64,000 bases of DNA from Acanthaster planci (taxonomy: Eukaryota), in NCBI RefSeq assembly GCF_001949145.1, contig NW_019091359.1, forward strand, positions 1,376,540 to 1,440,539. The letters are read 5' to 3'. The notes below the pieces were generated by a model, which was not told the origin of the DNA, searched no databases, and worked only from the letters and a program-made list of their open reading frames with translations. The translations under genes and the position numbers were made by a program. This document shows, one piece after another, positions 1-10,800 of the stretch. Every line of letters begins with the position of its first letter. Positions within the stretch are counted from its first letter, which is position 1.

Positions 1-218
1 GGAAGTATACATAAGATGCACATTTGAACCATCTAACGCTTTTGGAATTTACACGGCTGGGCAATTTTTTTGTACATGTATTTAGGTCATTGCTATCCCC
101 CCAATTTCGCAGCACGGATTTACGCAACAGTTTTCTGCACAACCTTAACATTAATCAGTTCCAAGAAGGTTAAGCCCAACTTGTTTATAGCATGAGAAAC
201 AAAATAATGAAATGATGC

Positions 219-228
219 GTAAGGATAC
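219..228 (-). other. U12-type (minor spliceosome) 5' splice site GTATCCTTAC
   Basis: Exact match to the RTATCCTT U12 donor core at the phase-0 end of the NIT1 exon. Confidence 0.8.
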
Positions 229-438
229 AACCATTGGCGCTACTTTGCCGATGGGAGTGTCAACAATGTCACTCATGTGTTCACCGTGAAGGATGAAACT
301 TGACTCTCGCAGGTTCATTCGACCTTCGATTTGAACTTCAAACAGATGTGTTTTGTGATACACGGATGCAATTTCTCCCTCTGGATTGAGAAGAACATGG
401 CTGCAGTAGCTTCTGTCACCGACTGGCTGTACTGGTCC
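229..438 (-). CDS. NIT1: NIT1 coding exon 3 (GPVQ...KVAPMV)
   Basis: cag|GGA ... GTT|GTATCCTT; 210 nt; ends just before the expected catalytic CYD motif. Confidence 0.88.
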
Positions 439-2387
439 CTGTGGGGAGAAAGAAAAAAAAACACCTGAAATACATGCACGCGTCCAGACACAATGTCCCC
501 CTGGATTGAGAAGAGCATGGCTGCAGATCACCAACTGGCTGTACCGGTCCCTGTTTGAGAAAAAAGACATAGACCTACACCAGAAATACACAAACAAGTC
601 CAGACACACTCTGGATTGAGAAGAACATAGCTATAGTAGCTTCTGTCATCGACTGGCTGTACTGGTCCCAGTGGGGAGAAAAGAGATATACGCCTGAGAT
701 ACATGCATGTGCCCAGACACAATTTTTTTCCTCTGGAATGAGAAGAACATTGCTGCAGGAGCTTTCATCCCCAATTGCTGTACTACTCCTTGTGGGAAAT
801 AAAATATCATTTTTTACTGGCAAATTATGGAATTTTGGGGATTCAACCCTCCCTCCCATGCCAAAAAATTAGAAAAGAAAGTGAAAAGCAACAGCAGGAA
901 CTTGGTGATTGCCTCAACCTTGAGCACTAAACCACCTCCCTTGAGCCAAACCTAGACCTGCCTCTCCTATTAATCTAAGCCCAAGGGCTCAGAACAACTG
1001 TTTCCCACCAAACATGACTGATATAGGCGTAAGGCAGCACATGCAAATTTTATAGAAATATGAACAAATCATTTCTTGTACCAAAGCTTGCTGTTCATCT
1101 ACAAGGAGCACTGAAGTCCTAAGGCAATACATACCATCTCATGAATGCCTCCCAGTGATATCCACACATTATGCTGTCGGCATAGCTCTCGGTAACCCGT
1201 GACTGTCTTGCCAGTCAGAGGCTCGGCCATGCTGGTCGACTCCTCTGGGGAACTGCCAATGTAGTCCACACCCTCGGGCAAGAAGACCACCTGTACCGTC
1301 CAAACAGAAACACAGGGTTGTATTTTACAATCTGCCCTGTGCAAAGGTATAACCCCTCCAACACCTGAGGGCAGTGGGGAAGGTTTCAAAGGGACAACTG
1401 GCATACAAGCCAAGACAACCCATTTAATCAGGAAGTGGTTAGAAATGCACAGCATACCCTCTGCCAAACAAGCATGAACCTGTACAGGCATGCTGTGTTT
1501 CCCAACCAAACAAATGCCTTACTTAAAGACACACCTTTTGTTTGCGTTGGGTTTTCTAGGTTATGATAACAACAAAAGATCAATTCCAGAAGACATGAAC
1601 AGATCCTTGGTAGGTTCTTTTTGTGAATGTCCTCAATCTGAATGGAATGGCTCACACAGAGGACTCCAAGTTATTGTTTAAATAATACTTTTGTTCATAT
1701 CTCTATATAACTCACATAGTTTTTATGCAGTTTCAAACTGAGTACAGCTTGATAACCGAGGACCTACTGTCTTCACTCCATTTACATACACAAATCACTA
1801 AGCGTATTAACAATGAGTAGTGCACATGTAGAGGACATTTTCCAGAAGTTTTCATAAAAAATATTCAGACAATTTAATGACAAATATACATTTGTTCAGC
1901 TGAGAGTGGAATATGGACGCTTCCGTCCAAAACATTATTGCAAGAGGGCTAATTGTTTGCATTAGTTTTCATCGGAATGTGTATAAACCCATAGAGTCTA
2001 GGCATTGGTGCTAAGCAAAAGGTGGCATTAGCAAGTCTGGTGGTGGGTCCGTTCCCTGCTAGTGTCTACTTCCACTGGATAGAAGCTTGTGGAAGGAGAC
2101 CATTAATGGTCAAGCTGACCTGGATGTACCTTGGCACCCATCTTGGCAGCACGTTGGACCAGATACGAACCGGCCCGGAAGTTGGCATCTTTGTCTGCGG
2201 TGGCTGTCATCTGACACACGGCTGCCAGGTTGACGTCCTCACGGAACCCCTTCTCCACTTCTTCCATTGTAAAGAGTGCCCTCTGCTGTCGTTGCTGGCA
2301 GACAATGGAAGCGATTGGGAGTTTCGGGTGAATAAATTTGGTACGTAGTGCTTTGCAGAGGAAGAGGTTTACAGATTTGACAAACAT
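229..2387 (-). CDS. NIT1: Nitrilase-like protein 1 / deaminated glutathione amidase, 5' part (3 coding exons visible: 2387-2130, 1290-1135, 438-229); gene continues past the left edge
   Basis: Spliced translation gives ...LAAVCQMTATADKDANF...AAKMGAK|VVFLPEGVDYIG...WISLGGIHEM|GPVQ...SHVLLNPEGEIASVYHKTHLFEV...TPIGKVAPMV. It contains the CN-hydrolase catalytic Glu (FLPE) and Lys (YHKTHL) motifs. All junctions are phase 0 with GT/AG. Confidence 0.9.
381..800. repeat. Four diverged tandem copies (~110-120 bp) of the NIT1 intron 3' end plus first ~58 nt of exon 3
   Basis: Units start ctggattgagaagaacat-like at 381, 501, 611 and ~733; each translates on the minus strand to GPVQPV..SHVLLNPE-like peptides. 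Confidence 0.9.
1135..1290 (-). CDS. NIT1: NIT1 coding exon 2 (VVFLPEG...GGIHEM)
   Basis: cag|GTG ... ATG|gtatgt; 156 nt. Confidence 0.92.
2130..2387 (-). CDS. NIT1: NIT1 first coding exon (MFVKSV...KMGAK)
   Basis: ATG at 2387 with an in-frame TAA upstream; donor AAG|GTACAT; the exon acceptor ttcttccag lies just upstream of 2488. Confidence 0.85.
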
Positions 2388-2401
2388 AGCAACAGCGGGC
2401 C

Positions 2402-2473
2402 TCAATGATTACGATGAATACGATGACAGTTGTGGCTATGGAAATTTTTGTACCCGTGTGCTGGGACAACCAT
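2402..2473 (-). promoter_or_regulatory. Upstream ORF (23 codons) in the NIT1 5' UTR
   Basis: gtgATGg at 2473 to TGA at 2404-2402, out of frame and ending 14 nt before the main ATG, within the same exon. Confidence 0.55.
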
Positions 2474-4097
2474 CACGACTTGAAGAAACTGGAAGAAAAA
2501 GGTTGAACGGCAAAGAGCAAAGTTGATTAATAACAAAGCACTTGTAAATTTTGCCATGAACTGGTTCTACTTTTTTCAGTTATAAAACTTAAAGAGTTAA
2601 GAGTGAAAATTGTTAAAGAATTTTTCTCCAAAGAGGTTGCTTTAATATCACCCTAAAGCTTTCCAAAAACCGTATATTTACCGATGTACATGTATGGTGC
2701 CTTGAAAACTGGGCCTGTGATATTTATATGCTGACCATGGGCCGGGCCACTTTAAAAAATATGAAAGCATCGCTTGTTGCGTCGGATTTCAAGGCTACCA
2801 ACAGGCGCTCAGGTACGGTTCAGGTTGTACCATACATAACTGGTTGGAAAGCTTCAGGGTGCTCATATAAAAGTCCAAACTCTGAGGAATACGCCGGTGT
2901 ACGTAAAATTGTCAAGTCATTCTCATTTCAGAAGATATTAGGATTCAAAGTTTGTGACAATCCTGCAGTTTGGACTCCAGGCATTTAACTAGACGTGCCT
3001 TGAAGTAGGGCTATGGTGGCAACACAAACGAGACAAATTGTAAAAGAGAGCCACTACAGCCCTACGTGTGGGGCTAGCATGCATACATGCTCATCATTAG
3101 CTGGAATCTTGTTTTGTTTGGTTTCATCAAACCGCAAGTCAACAAACTTTTGTCAAACGGTGATGGATACATTGTACATCATGTATGTCACAAGTTCAAA
3201 AGGTAAAGTCTTTGTAGTAGAAAAATATAGACTTGCACAAGTAAACCGACAAAATTTAAAGAAAAAAAATTGCCTCAAATATTTTTAATGAATCTTCATA
3301 TGTTTATGGAAAAACACAAACACATTTTTATTCATAGCTTGGTGTGTACACTTCTAGGTTTTGAGAGCTGACTTTTGGTGCTTGATTTTCATATGTAAAA
3401 TTACTCATCAAAAATAAATCTTGACTTTTGGCGGTTAAAGCTAACGCATCTAAAGCTGTTAACTCTAGACCAATACAACACTAAACAACACTGTTACTGT
3501 TCAGTTCTTTTGTCCAATTTGTCTTTCATTTTAACATGTCTTTGAACAGTGGAAACACTAACGGTTGCAGGAAATTTTAAAATGGCGGCCATCTTGAAAA
3601 GACTAAAAAATATAAAAAGCCTGCTTCCTCTTTTTTTTTCAAAAATCCAGACAAGAAACATGTGTTTTTGCTTTAACTTCACCTTAAACCCGACTGTCTC
3701 TCGTACATTATTTTATAAGACACGTAAGACATCACAACAATCATGATAATGTCAATGTTTGCATGAAACCAAGAATTAAACATGTAATCCTGGTAATACA
3801 CTACCCCCAGATAGAAGTGTGGGTTGGTGGAGTGTGGGGTCCGACCATGCCGACGTCCGCCCAGCTCCCACGACATGCACGAACGTTCGTCAACTGACAT
3901 GAAGGGCGGCGGACGACAAAGCCCACAAGTTCTGGGGCATGTGGGGGGTTGTCACGCATGTCACGGCGTACATATTTTTACATAAAAAAATGCCAAAGTT
4001 TCAATTGATAAAACGCAGTTGATAAGCAAGCTCAGTGCAATACCAGACAAGTTTAAACAGTAAAACCATCTGGGAGTCGATAAATGAGACAACTTAC

Positions 4098-4688
4098 CCC
4101 TGTTCAAAACACACATTCACCCACCCACACGTTGGTCTAAAACGTACATAATGTGTATACTGCACTGTACACGTACATTGTGCATAGAAGCCCCTTCTCC
4201 AAAACTCGGCTTCATCTTTCAGGCTGTCTTTAGCCTCGCAACGACGTACCCTAATAAAAGCAAATGGGAGAGTTAAAAAAATCCTTAACCACACAGTTTC
4301 TGTTTTTATTTCTATGGCCTTTCTGAAGCAAAAGATTTACGAGAATTCGGCCAAAATTGTCAAAGTCGAGATTTTCACCAGAGTCCATAAACAAAGCGCA
4401 CTTGAGATTTGAAAAATGTCTTTAGTCTTGTTTCCTTCTCGCTATATAATATTAAAAGTTTGCGCTTTCTAGTCTGTACCCACCCTTTATTGCATTCCTT
4501 AAAAGTTGAGCTTTTCAGGAGCTGGTCCACATACTCCATGGATTTAAGGATTTGCATTAGTGAATAAAGTACGAACAACCGAATTCTTCTCACAAAATCA
4601 AAACGAGGCTGTGTCGTTCACTAGGGACGCCACTTTGAATCGAAGGCCTTAATTTAGCTTCTCGAATTCGCTTTACAATGCTGAAAGT
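4098..4688. promoter_or_regulatory. Putative bidirectional promoter and 5' UTRs shared by NIT1 (non-coding exon 1, donor after 4098) and ANKRD26
   Basis: Minus-strand consensus donor GGG|GTAAGT at 4098/4097; the divergent ANKRD26 ATG is ~590 bp away; CpG is locally more frequent. Confidence 0.55.
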
Positions 4689-4894
4689 ATGAAGAAAATT
4701 TTCAAAAGTGGTAAGGCGAAGGTGAAAGGTCCCGCCCCAGCGCCAACTGCTGATGCAGAATTCGATCCTCCAGGTTATTCAGTGAAAGAAAAGGACTTAC
4801 CGAAATTGCACAAGTCGGCCTGGGGCGGGGAGTTGGCGAAAGTGCAACAACTGAGCAAAAAGGGAGATGTCAATCAACTTGATAAAGAGAACAG
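4689..4894 (+). CDS. ANKRD26: ANKRD26 exon 1
   Basis: ATG..DKENR, AG|gtaggc. Confidence 0.9.
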
Positions 4895-7800
4895 GTAGGC
4901 CTAGGCCAGACTTGACCTGTTCGCTGTTGACATTGTGCTGGACTAACAAACAAATTAATAATTTTTGATTACAAATTTGGACATGTTGGGAGAACCATGT
5001 TAAATGACTTTAATTTAATAACTGGCATCACATAAGGATGGTTACATGGTAGTCGTGGTAGGCCAGTACAGAAGGCAGTACAGGCCCGAGTTAGGCTGGG
5101 GGGTGTGTTCCTTCCTCCATGGTTCGAATGAACCCTCCCCCGACTCACTTCTGAAATCTGAGTTCCGCTTGGGGGTGTTTTTTTTAAATTATATAATCAT
5201 GATAATCCAGTTTTAATTATAATTAATTAAAGCCGCTGCAGTGTCCATAAAAACTCTATGCTTCACTTGATAGCCATGACATGATAGCCTAATTAAGTAA
5301 ACAAAAGCTACCATTAATGTGCAATTCAAAAAATGGCACATTATCAGCCAGAGTGATCATGGTGATTTGAATTATTTAGGAATAAAGGCATGGTTTTTAG
5401 GATACAACATGAAGTTTGAAAATTTTGAATAAATTTAGGCAAGTGAATGTCATTGTGCATGTATGTCAGCCTCATGTCTGTGTTGGGAGCGATTGGTAGA
5501 TATGAGCAATTACTTGATCTTAGTGCATGATTGGACAATAATTCTTGCATTAGCCAATCGCCTGATTGCTTTCAAAAAGGGAAGTAAAATTGGAAAATTT
5601 CAGGCAGAATTGACTTTGAATCATGCAGAGCCTTCATGCAATGGGGCAGATCAGCTGATTGTGCCCGACATTTATATTTCCAATTTGTGTTTGGGGTTGT
5701 GTTTTGTTTCTAAGCTGCGTTCAGGTTTGTGAAATAGTGACCTAGCAGCAAACTCATCACTGACGAAATACGTTTTAGACAGACATGGCAGAAGATGGTC
5801 AGTGAGACAACATTCGTGACATTCATGTTACCTGCAGGTGTACGTGAGCTGGATGGGTAAAATACGCTGCCACTGTTCGACTACATGTCTCAAATACTTG
5901 TATACGATTCTGCAGTGGTTGAAATCGGGGATATCTCACAGAACATGTTCAGGACCTACATGTACACAGGGAGCAACAGGATCAGTCATTTCCAGGAAAT
6001 TTGAGGGAAAAACTGAGTCCAAAATTCTGGCACGCATATTGTAAAGAAGAGCAATGTTTTTCAAGCAGGACTTTATAAAAGTAAAATATACTTGTTGGAA
6101 TTTCCAGTCTAGAGTTTGTAATGTAGCTGTAAAGATCTCTTTGAACTTGTCTTTCTTCAGAACTGCTCTTCATTTGGCTTGTGCTCATGGCCACAAAGAG
6201 GTCGCAGCATTCCTGGTGTCAAACAAAGCTAAGCTGAACCTCTGCGACAATGACCAGCGTTCACCTCTTATGAAGGTACATGTACGTTGTACTTGTGACG
6301 GCATCAGGTTCAACCTGACGTCCTTGCCATTTGTGAAGTCCCCGACCCCTTTAAATGTGCAGGAAACCGATGACGTAATCTTCATACATTGTACGTGGGT
6401 ACGCTTAAATTTTTGAGCAGCATCGTCAAGCCCATCCTTGCAAAATCCTCCTAGACTATTTAATGGATTCAGTGGTATCTAGGAGGTTGAGGGCATTTCA
6501 TAGAAGGTACTGTACGTCACCTTTATTGCCATCTTCACTGGAGGTTTGGTCAGAAATTTGTTGGCTGTATTTGTCTCTGCTGCAACCAGTTTTTGAAATA
6601 AGTCCGAAATTTAAGGTTTCAAGTCACAGACTTTTGTGTCGTGTTGCTTCGACCCTCGTGCATTATTTTTACCATTGAAATCGGGTAATAGATGTTTCTG
6701 TTGAATTCCTTGGCTTTCAGCCCTTGGACCATGCATTTTGATTCAACCATACAAACAAGCAGGTTTGATTCTGTAGCTAACTGCCGGGGGGGAGACTTCT
6801 GTTATTTGAAGATGACGCCATTGTTTACTCTCCACCAATATGACCAAGATGTTTCTGCTTAATTTTTTTTTCAGTACGATCTGAGAGGATTGAGAGACAC
6901 AGTCGGCTACTGTGTAATTAAGGAATCAGAAAAAAAATTCCTCCAAAAGCTTAAATGTACATGTACCTTACATATACCTTCTGGTTGTATCTATACATGC
7001 ACTTTACTTTTGGGGATTTCATGTTGTACAATCACATGGTCAGTGCATCTTAAAGTTAACAATGAAGAGTTCGTCATGCATATTTGTAGCCGAACTCGGT
7101 CATCTTTGAAATGTCAATGCTGTCATGATGTGCACAGGCTGCCCAGGGTAACCATGTGGCTTGCTTGGAGACCCTTCTGAGGAACAAAGCAGACCCTAAC
7201 CTGGTGGACAAGGACGGCAATACTGCCCTGCACCTCGGTGCCCATGGGGGCTTTGTGGATGTCGTTCTCCTCCTGTTGAAGGGTGGGGCTATGGTCAATG
7301 CCCCCAACAAGGTGGGCCAACATTTTTTTGGTGTATCCAGAAAACCTTGTCCTGTGTTGCCGTCCAAGAAGATCTGTATTGAAAATTTCAGTTTCAGTGG
7401 AAGACTTCCAAATTTCACTGCCTCATATACAGTGGAGAAATGCATGTGCGTTTTGCATTGGTATGGTATTTCAAGATGTGGTTCTGACCAAATTAGGTAA
7501 CTTTTAATCCCATTTCAATTGATATTAAGAAACCATGGGATATATTGTATGGAGAAAATTATGACATTGCAGTTTAAAAATTTCCAATTTGCCTTCATGC
7601 ATGCCATAATGAAAATGTTTTACCTCTTCTCAACCAAGCATGGCTTTCCCAAGGCTAAACATAGTTACAGGTATTTGTCAATGGCAAAAAAGAAATCAAA
7701 ATTATTACCGAAACTTTCTGTCCGATGCAGGCAGGGACCAATTGGAATCTCTGTTTCCGTTACATGGTGTTTCGTTTATTTCTTAGAATGGAAGTACACC

Positions 7801-10800
7801 GTTGCACTTATGCACAGAGGCCAAGCAGGATGTCATGGCAGAGGTGTTGCTGGACAACGATGCTGATGTCAATGCAACAAACAACAACAACAGGTAAATG
7901 GGATGGAAATTGGGCAGGAACTTATAATGGGACTGCATGGCCCTTCACAAGTGCCAAGAGAAGGCACGCCACTGTGTGGGCATGGTCAGTTTTCAGCTGA
8001 ATGGGTACAAATCAGCAGCACCTTAACCTGAATGGGTTAGATTATATACCAGAAAACATTGAAAAATACCGAAAACCACCGGAAAACTACTGAAAAACAC
8101 AGGAAAGCTACGGAAAAAATACCGGAAAGCACTGGAAAACATCGTAAACACCAGAAAACCCCCTAAACACTAGAAAACACTGATATCACCGATAAACACC
8201 CTAAACACCGAAAAACACAGGAAAACTACCGGAAAATACCAGAAAACATCCTAAACACCGGAAAACACCGAAAAACCACCGAAAAACACCCTATACACCG
8301 AAAAACACACTAATTACCAGAAAAACCACCGAAAAACACCCTATTACCGGAAAACACCCTATACACCGAAAAACACACTAATTACCAGAAAACAACCTAA
8401 ATACCAGAAAACACCGAAACCAATTACAAACCAGAAGACCTTGAAACACCTGCCAACTGCTGGAAAACGTACAAAAACGAAAGTTATCAAATGCCGCCAA
8501 CCAAAAAAAAAGTCAAGAAAGCCCAACAGATGAACAGAAAGCACCTAACAGGTACTGTTAATCACCAGAGGATGGCCGAAAACCACCTGCCACCTTTTGG
8601 GAAGCCCCAAAACACATGAACTTGTGCTGTGAACTTCATGGTATTCAGCCCTTGGGTACGCATCTCACGTTCAAATTTCCTTTAACCACTTTGCAGACTG
8701 GCTTTTTACGAGTATCTTTTCACACCGCCCCTCTGATGTCAGAAATGGAACAACCGATTAACTTGAAAAAGAAATTATGTTTGGCTGTTGAATGAGTTAT
8801 GCACCAATCGTCTCCATATAGTTAGTTATGTCAAGTTTGATATGACTTAGAGAGATAGACTGTCATGTACACCAGTTGTTCAGTGTGTTCATTTTGATAT
8901 TCTGTTTTAACATAAAACTATTTTTTGTATATATGCTAACTGGATTAGCCCCCCTTTTTTCCTTTTTTTTTCCATGTGTGCATGTTGCTGTTTTTTTTTT
9001 CTTATGTGTTTTTTTTAGCTGTTTTGAAGTTGTATAAATTTGGGACGAGAATATCTGGTCCGAATCTGTATCGGGGGCAGAGAAGGCTACAAGGGGAGTA
9101 CATCAAAAATCATTACCTTCCACCGTTGCATACTTATTTCCTCAGTGATGAGGATACATCATCATCTGTCCTCGGGGAGTAAGTTTTTCAAGAAAGTCAA
9201 CCAGGAGTGTAATCAAGTAGTAACGTTCTTTGTTCGCTGTCTGTTGGTGACATTGCTCATCTCCCTAACGTTCTTTGTGATGTACCACGGACATACAGTA
9301 TGCTTGCTGCTCATATCAAACACTTCCCTTTAGGTATGAATGGTTGATCTGCAACCCTTCATTGTATGATTGCTTATAGTAAAAGAATGAATACACGAAT
9401 TTGGTCCAAAAGTGATAACATGATTCATTTCGATAGGCCTATTTGAAATCGCTTAGATATTAACAATTAATAGTGTTGCAGAAACACATTTGCTACGATC
9501 TGAGTTTGTTTTCCGAACATTCCATGCACTAGAGTATATGTCCGTGACATGCACGATCGGAAACATGGCAGATGTCTCCACATCGTTATCAACCTGACTG
9601 AAAAAGTGAAATATGTGAAATAGCTGAAAGGAACGTATAAACCTTGTCTGTTCCATTTCAGTGTAGTTTTCATGGTTGAGAGTCACCCATTCGCCTCAAG
9701 ACAGTAGTTTTTCTCTGTCTCCTCTTTGTATGAAAAACTCTTGACAGGCCCGCCAAACTTAGAAACAGTTAAGCTTCGGGCAAAATACAGGGAAGAATTC
9801 GCTTATAAGTGAAAGCCCTAGTAAAAAACAGCAGGCAAGCCGGAATTGTTACAGTAATAAAGTTTCTTGGTGAAAGAGGTTTTTTATTGGGGTTATTTTG
9901 CTGCGATTATTTAGTTTGGACAGATGATTGGCAGTTGCTCATTTAGCATTAAAATCATATCACTTTTTGGCTACAAAAAACACGTTTTACCAAGCAAAGT
10001 GATTTTGTGCATTTTCTCCACGAAATTGTGTGTGTTTTACAATGTCACATATTCACTTCATATATTTATTCTTTTAGATATGAAAGCGTAACATGTTTTA
10101 TTACGTAAATCCAACCAAATGAAATTTACATTAGGAAAAAATTTCAAAAGGCTTACAAAGTCAGCCTGTAACCGAACACGTCTTGCATAGGTCAAAATCA
10201 GGAAACACTTTTCAATGTGCCATGCACCGACTTGTAAAAGTGCATCATCGCAGTCTTCCCAGTATAATTGAATCAGAATCAGGTCGATGCAACATTAATA
10301 CTTCGGCCGTGCGTAAAATACGCGCTTTATATGTGGAACAAAATGTAACTCCATTTCTGTGGTCCACGTGAACGTGCCAAATCTGCTCGTGCATAAGGTG
10401 TTTTCTGGCGTTTAGGGTGTTTTCCGGTGTTCAGGGTGTCTTTTGGTGGTTAGGGTGTTTTCTGGTGTTTTGGGTGTTTTCCGGTGTTTAAGGGTGTTTA
10501 AGGTGTTTTTCGGTGTTTAGGGTGTTTTCCGGTATTTTTCAGTGTTTTCCAGTATATAGTAAAACCCACCTTAGTATGGGTACATTTGTTTGGGCAATGT
10601 GAGTACATGTACATATCACCATGCCCGTGTCTCTTTGAAATTGTTGAAGAAGCTCATGAAACACAAACAGTCGAAACCACTTCTTGGTTATGACAGCCAA
10701 CACTCACTCCTACAGAGTCAACCTATTATTGGAGTGGGCCTTTTGAGCCAAGTGTCTGATGAATGTGAACGAAATTGTAGAGCACTGGTTTGCAAATGAT

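Noticed and set aside
381..800. Regularly spaced repeats resembling a CRISPR array
   Set aside because: Whole units including the 'spacers' are homologous, they derive from a NIT1 exon junction, the context is eukaryotic and there are no cas genes
3579..3596. Overlapping YY1-like motif aaaatggcggccatcttg
   Set aside because: Such motifs are frequent inside invertebrate interspersed repeats, and there is no independent promoter evidence at this spot
3804..3938. GC-rich segment with weak inverted ends (ccccaga / tctgggg)
   Set aside because: Inverted match too short and degenerate, no TSD and no second copy in the window
8976..10371. Short ORFs inside the foldback-like element as transposase remnants
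   Set aside because: No DDE or zinc-finger motifs recognisable; AT-rich and stop-dense
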